Assembly: GCA_910585785.1 (NCBI GenBank)
Contig: CAJUEV010000008.1
Span: 682-64,681, forward strand
Origin: an uncultured Christensenella sp.
GTDB lineage: Bacteria > Bacillota > Clostridia > Christensenellales > Borkfalkiaceae
Reading direction: 5' to 3'
DNA: 64,000 bases
Part shown: in pieces, positions 64,000-64,000 of the stretch
Layout of the letters: each line of letters opens with the position of its first letter
Position numbering within the stretch: position 1 is the first letter of the stretch
Program-made: the position numbers and the translations under genes
Notes under the pieces: generated by a model
The model's database searches: none
Told to the model about the DNA's origin: nothing
Seen by the model: the letters and a program-made list of their open reading frames with translations, nothing else

Positions 64000-64000
64000 T

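Overview
This window is about 64 kb of a Firmicutes/Clostridia-type chromosome. Backbone markers include a Spo0A-like regulator with 0A boxes, the RuvX-DUF1292 pair, tsf-rpsB, an Rrf2-NifS-NifU operon, nadA, GlgB plus a GH13 enzyme, YitT paralogs, a P-type ATPase and several transporters. By eye (not computed) the backbone is moderately GC-rich and is interrupted by clearly AT-rich accessory segments. (1) A ~10.7-kb integrative island sits at tRNA-Gln(CUG), about 7480-18198. It carries a tyrosine integrase, a Bro-N/Fic protein, and one long operon driven by a consensus promoter: XRE regulator, GIY-YIG/DUF4357 nuclease, Type III R-M mod and res, then a tightly packed tail of uncharacterised genes (15612-17950: a 305-aa soluble protein and two 4-TM proteins). 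That tail is my best candidate for a new defence (Abi-like, membrane-effector) module. (2) A BceRS/BceAB-like two-component plus ABC module lies at 18278-23465, followed by gene fragments next to tRNA-Ser. (3) A ~2.9-kb integrase-less mini-island lies between tRNA-Ala and what looks like that operon's displaced terminator. It carries a Type II R-M (HTH-fused C5 methyltransferase plus a 229-aa putative endonuclease) and an unknown 161-aa gene. Other notable items: a yybP-ykoY-type Mn riboswitch in front of a Na/Pi-cotransporter/PhoU gene; a Spo0A-like gene interrupted by an in-frame TAG; three tandem mosaic XRE paralogs; and several operator-like repeats and near-consensus promoters, one implying a leaderless DtxR/MntR-family mRNA. 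No rRNA, CRISPR array or phage structural genes were seen. All family assignments come from motif recognition by eye, with no database searches.
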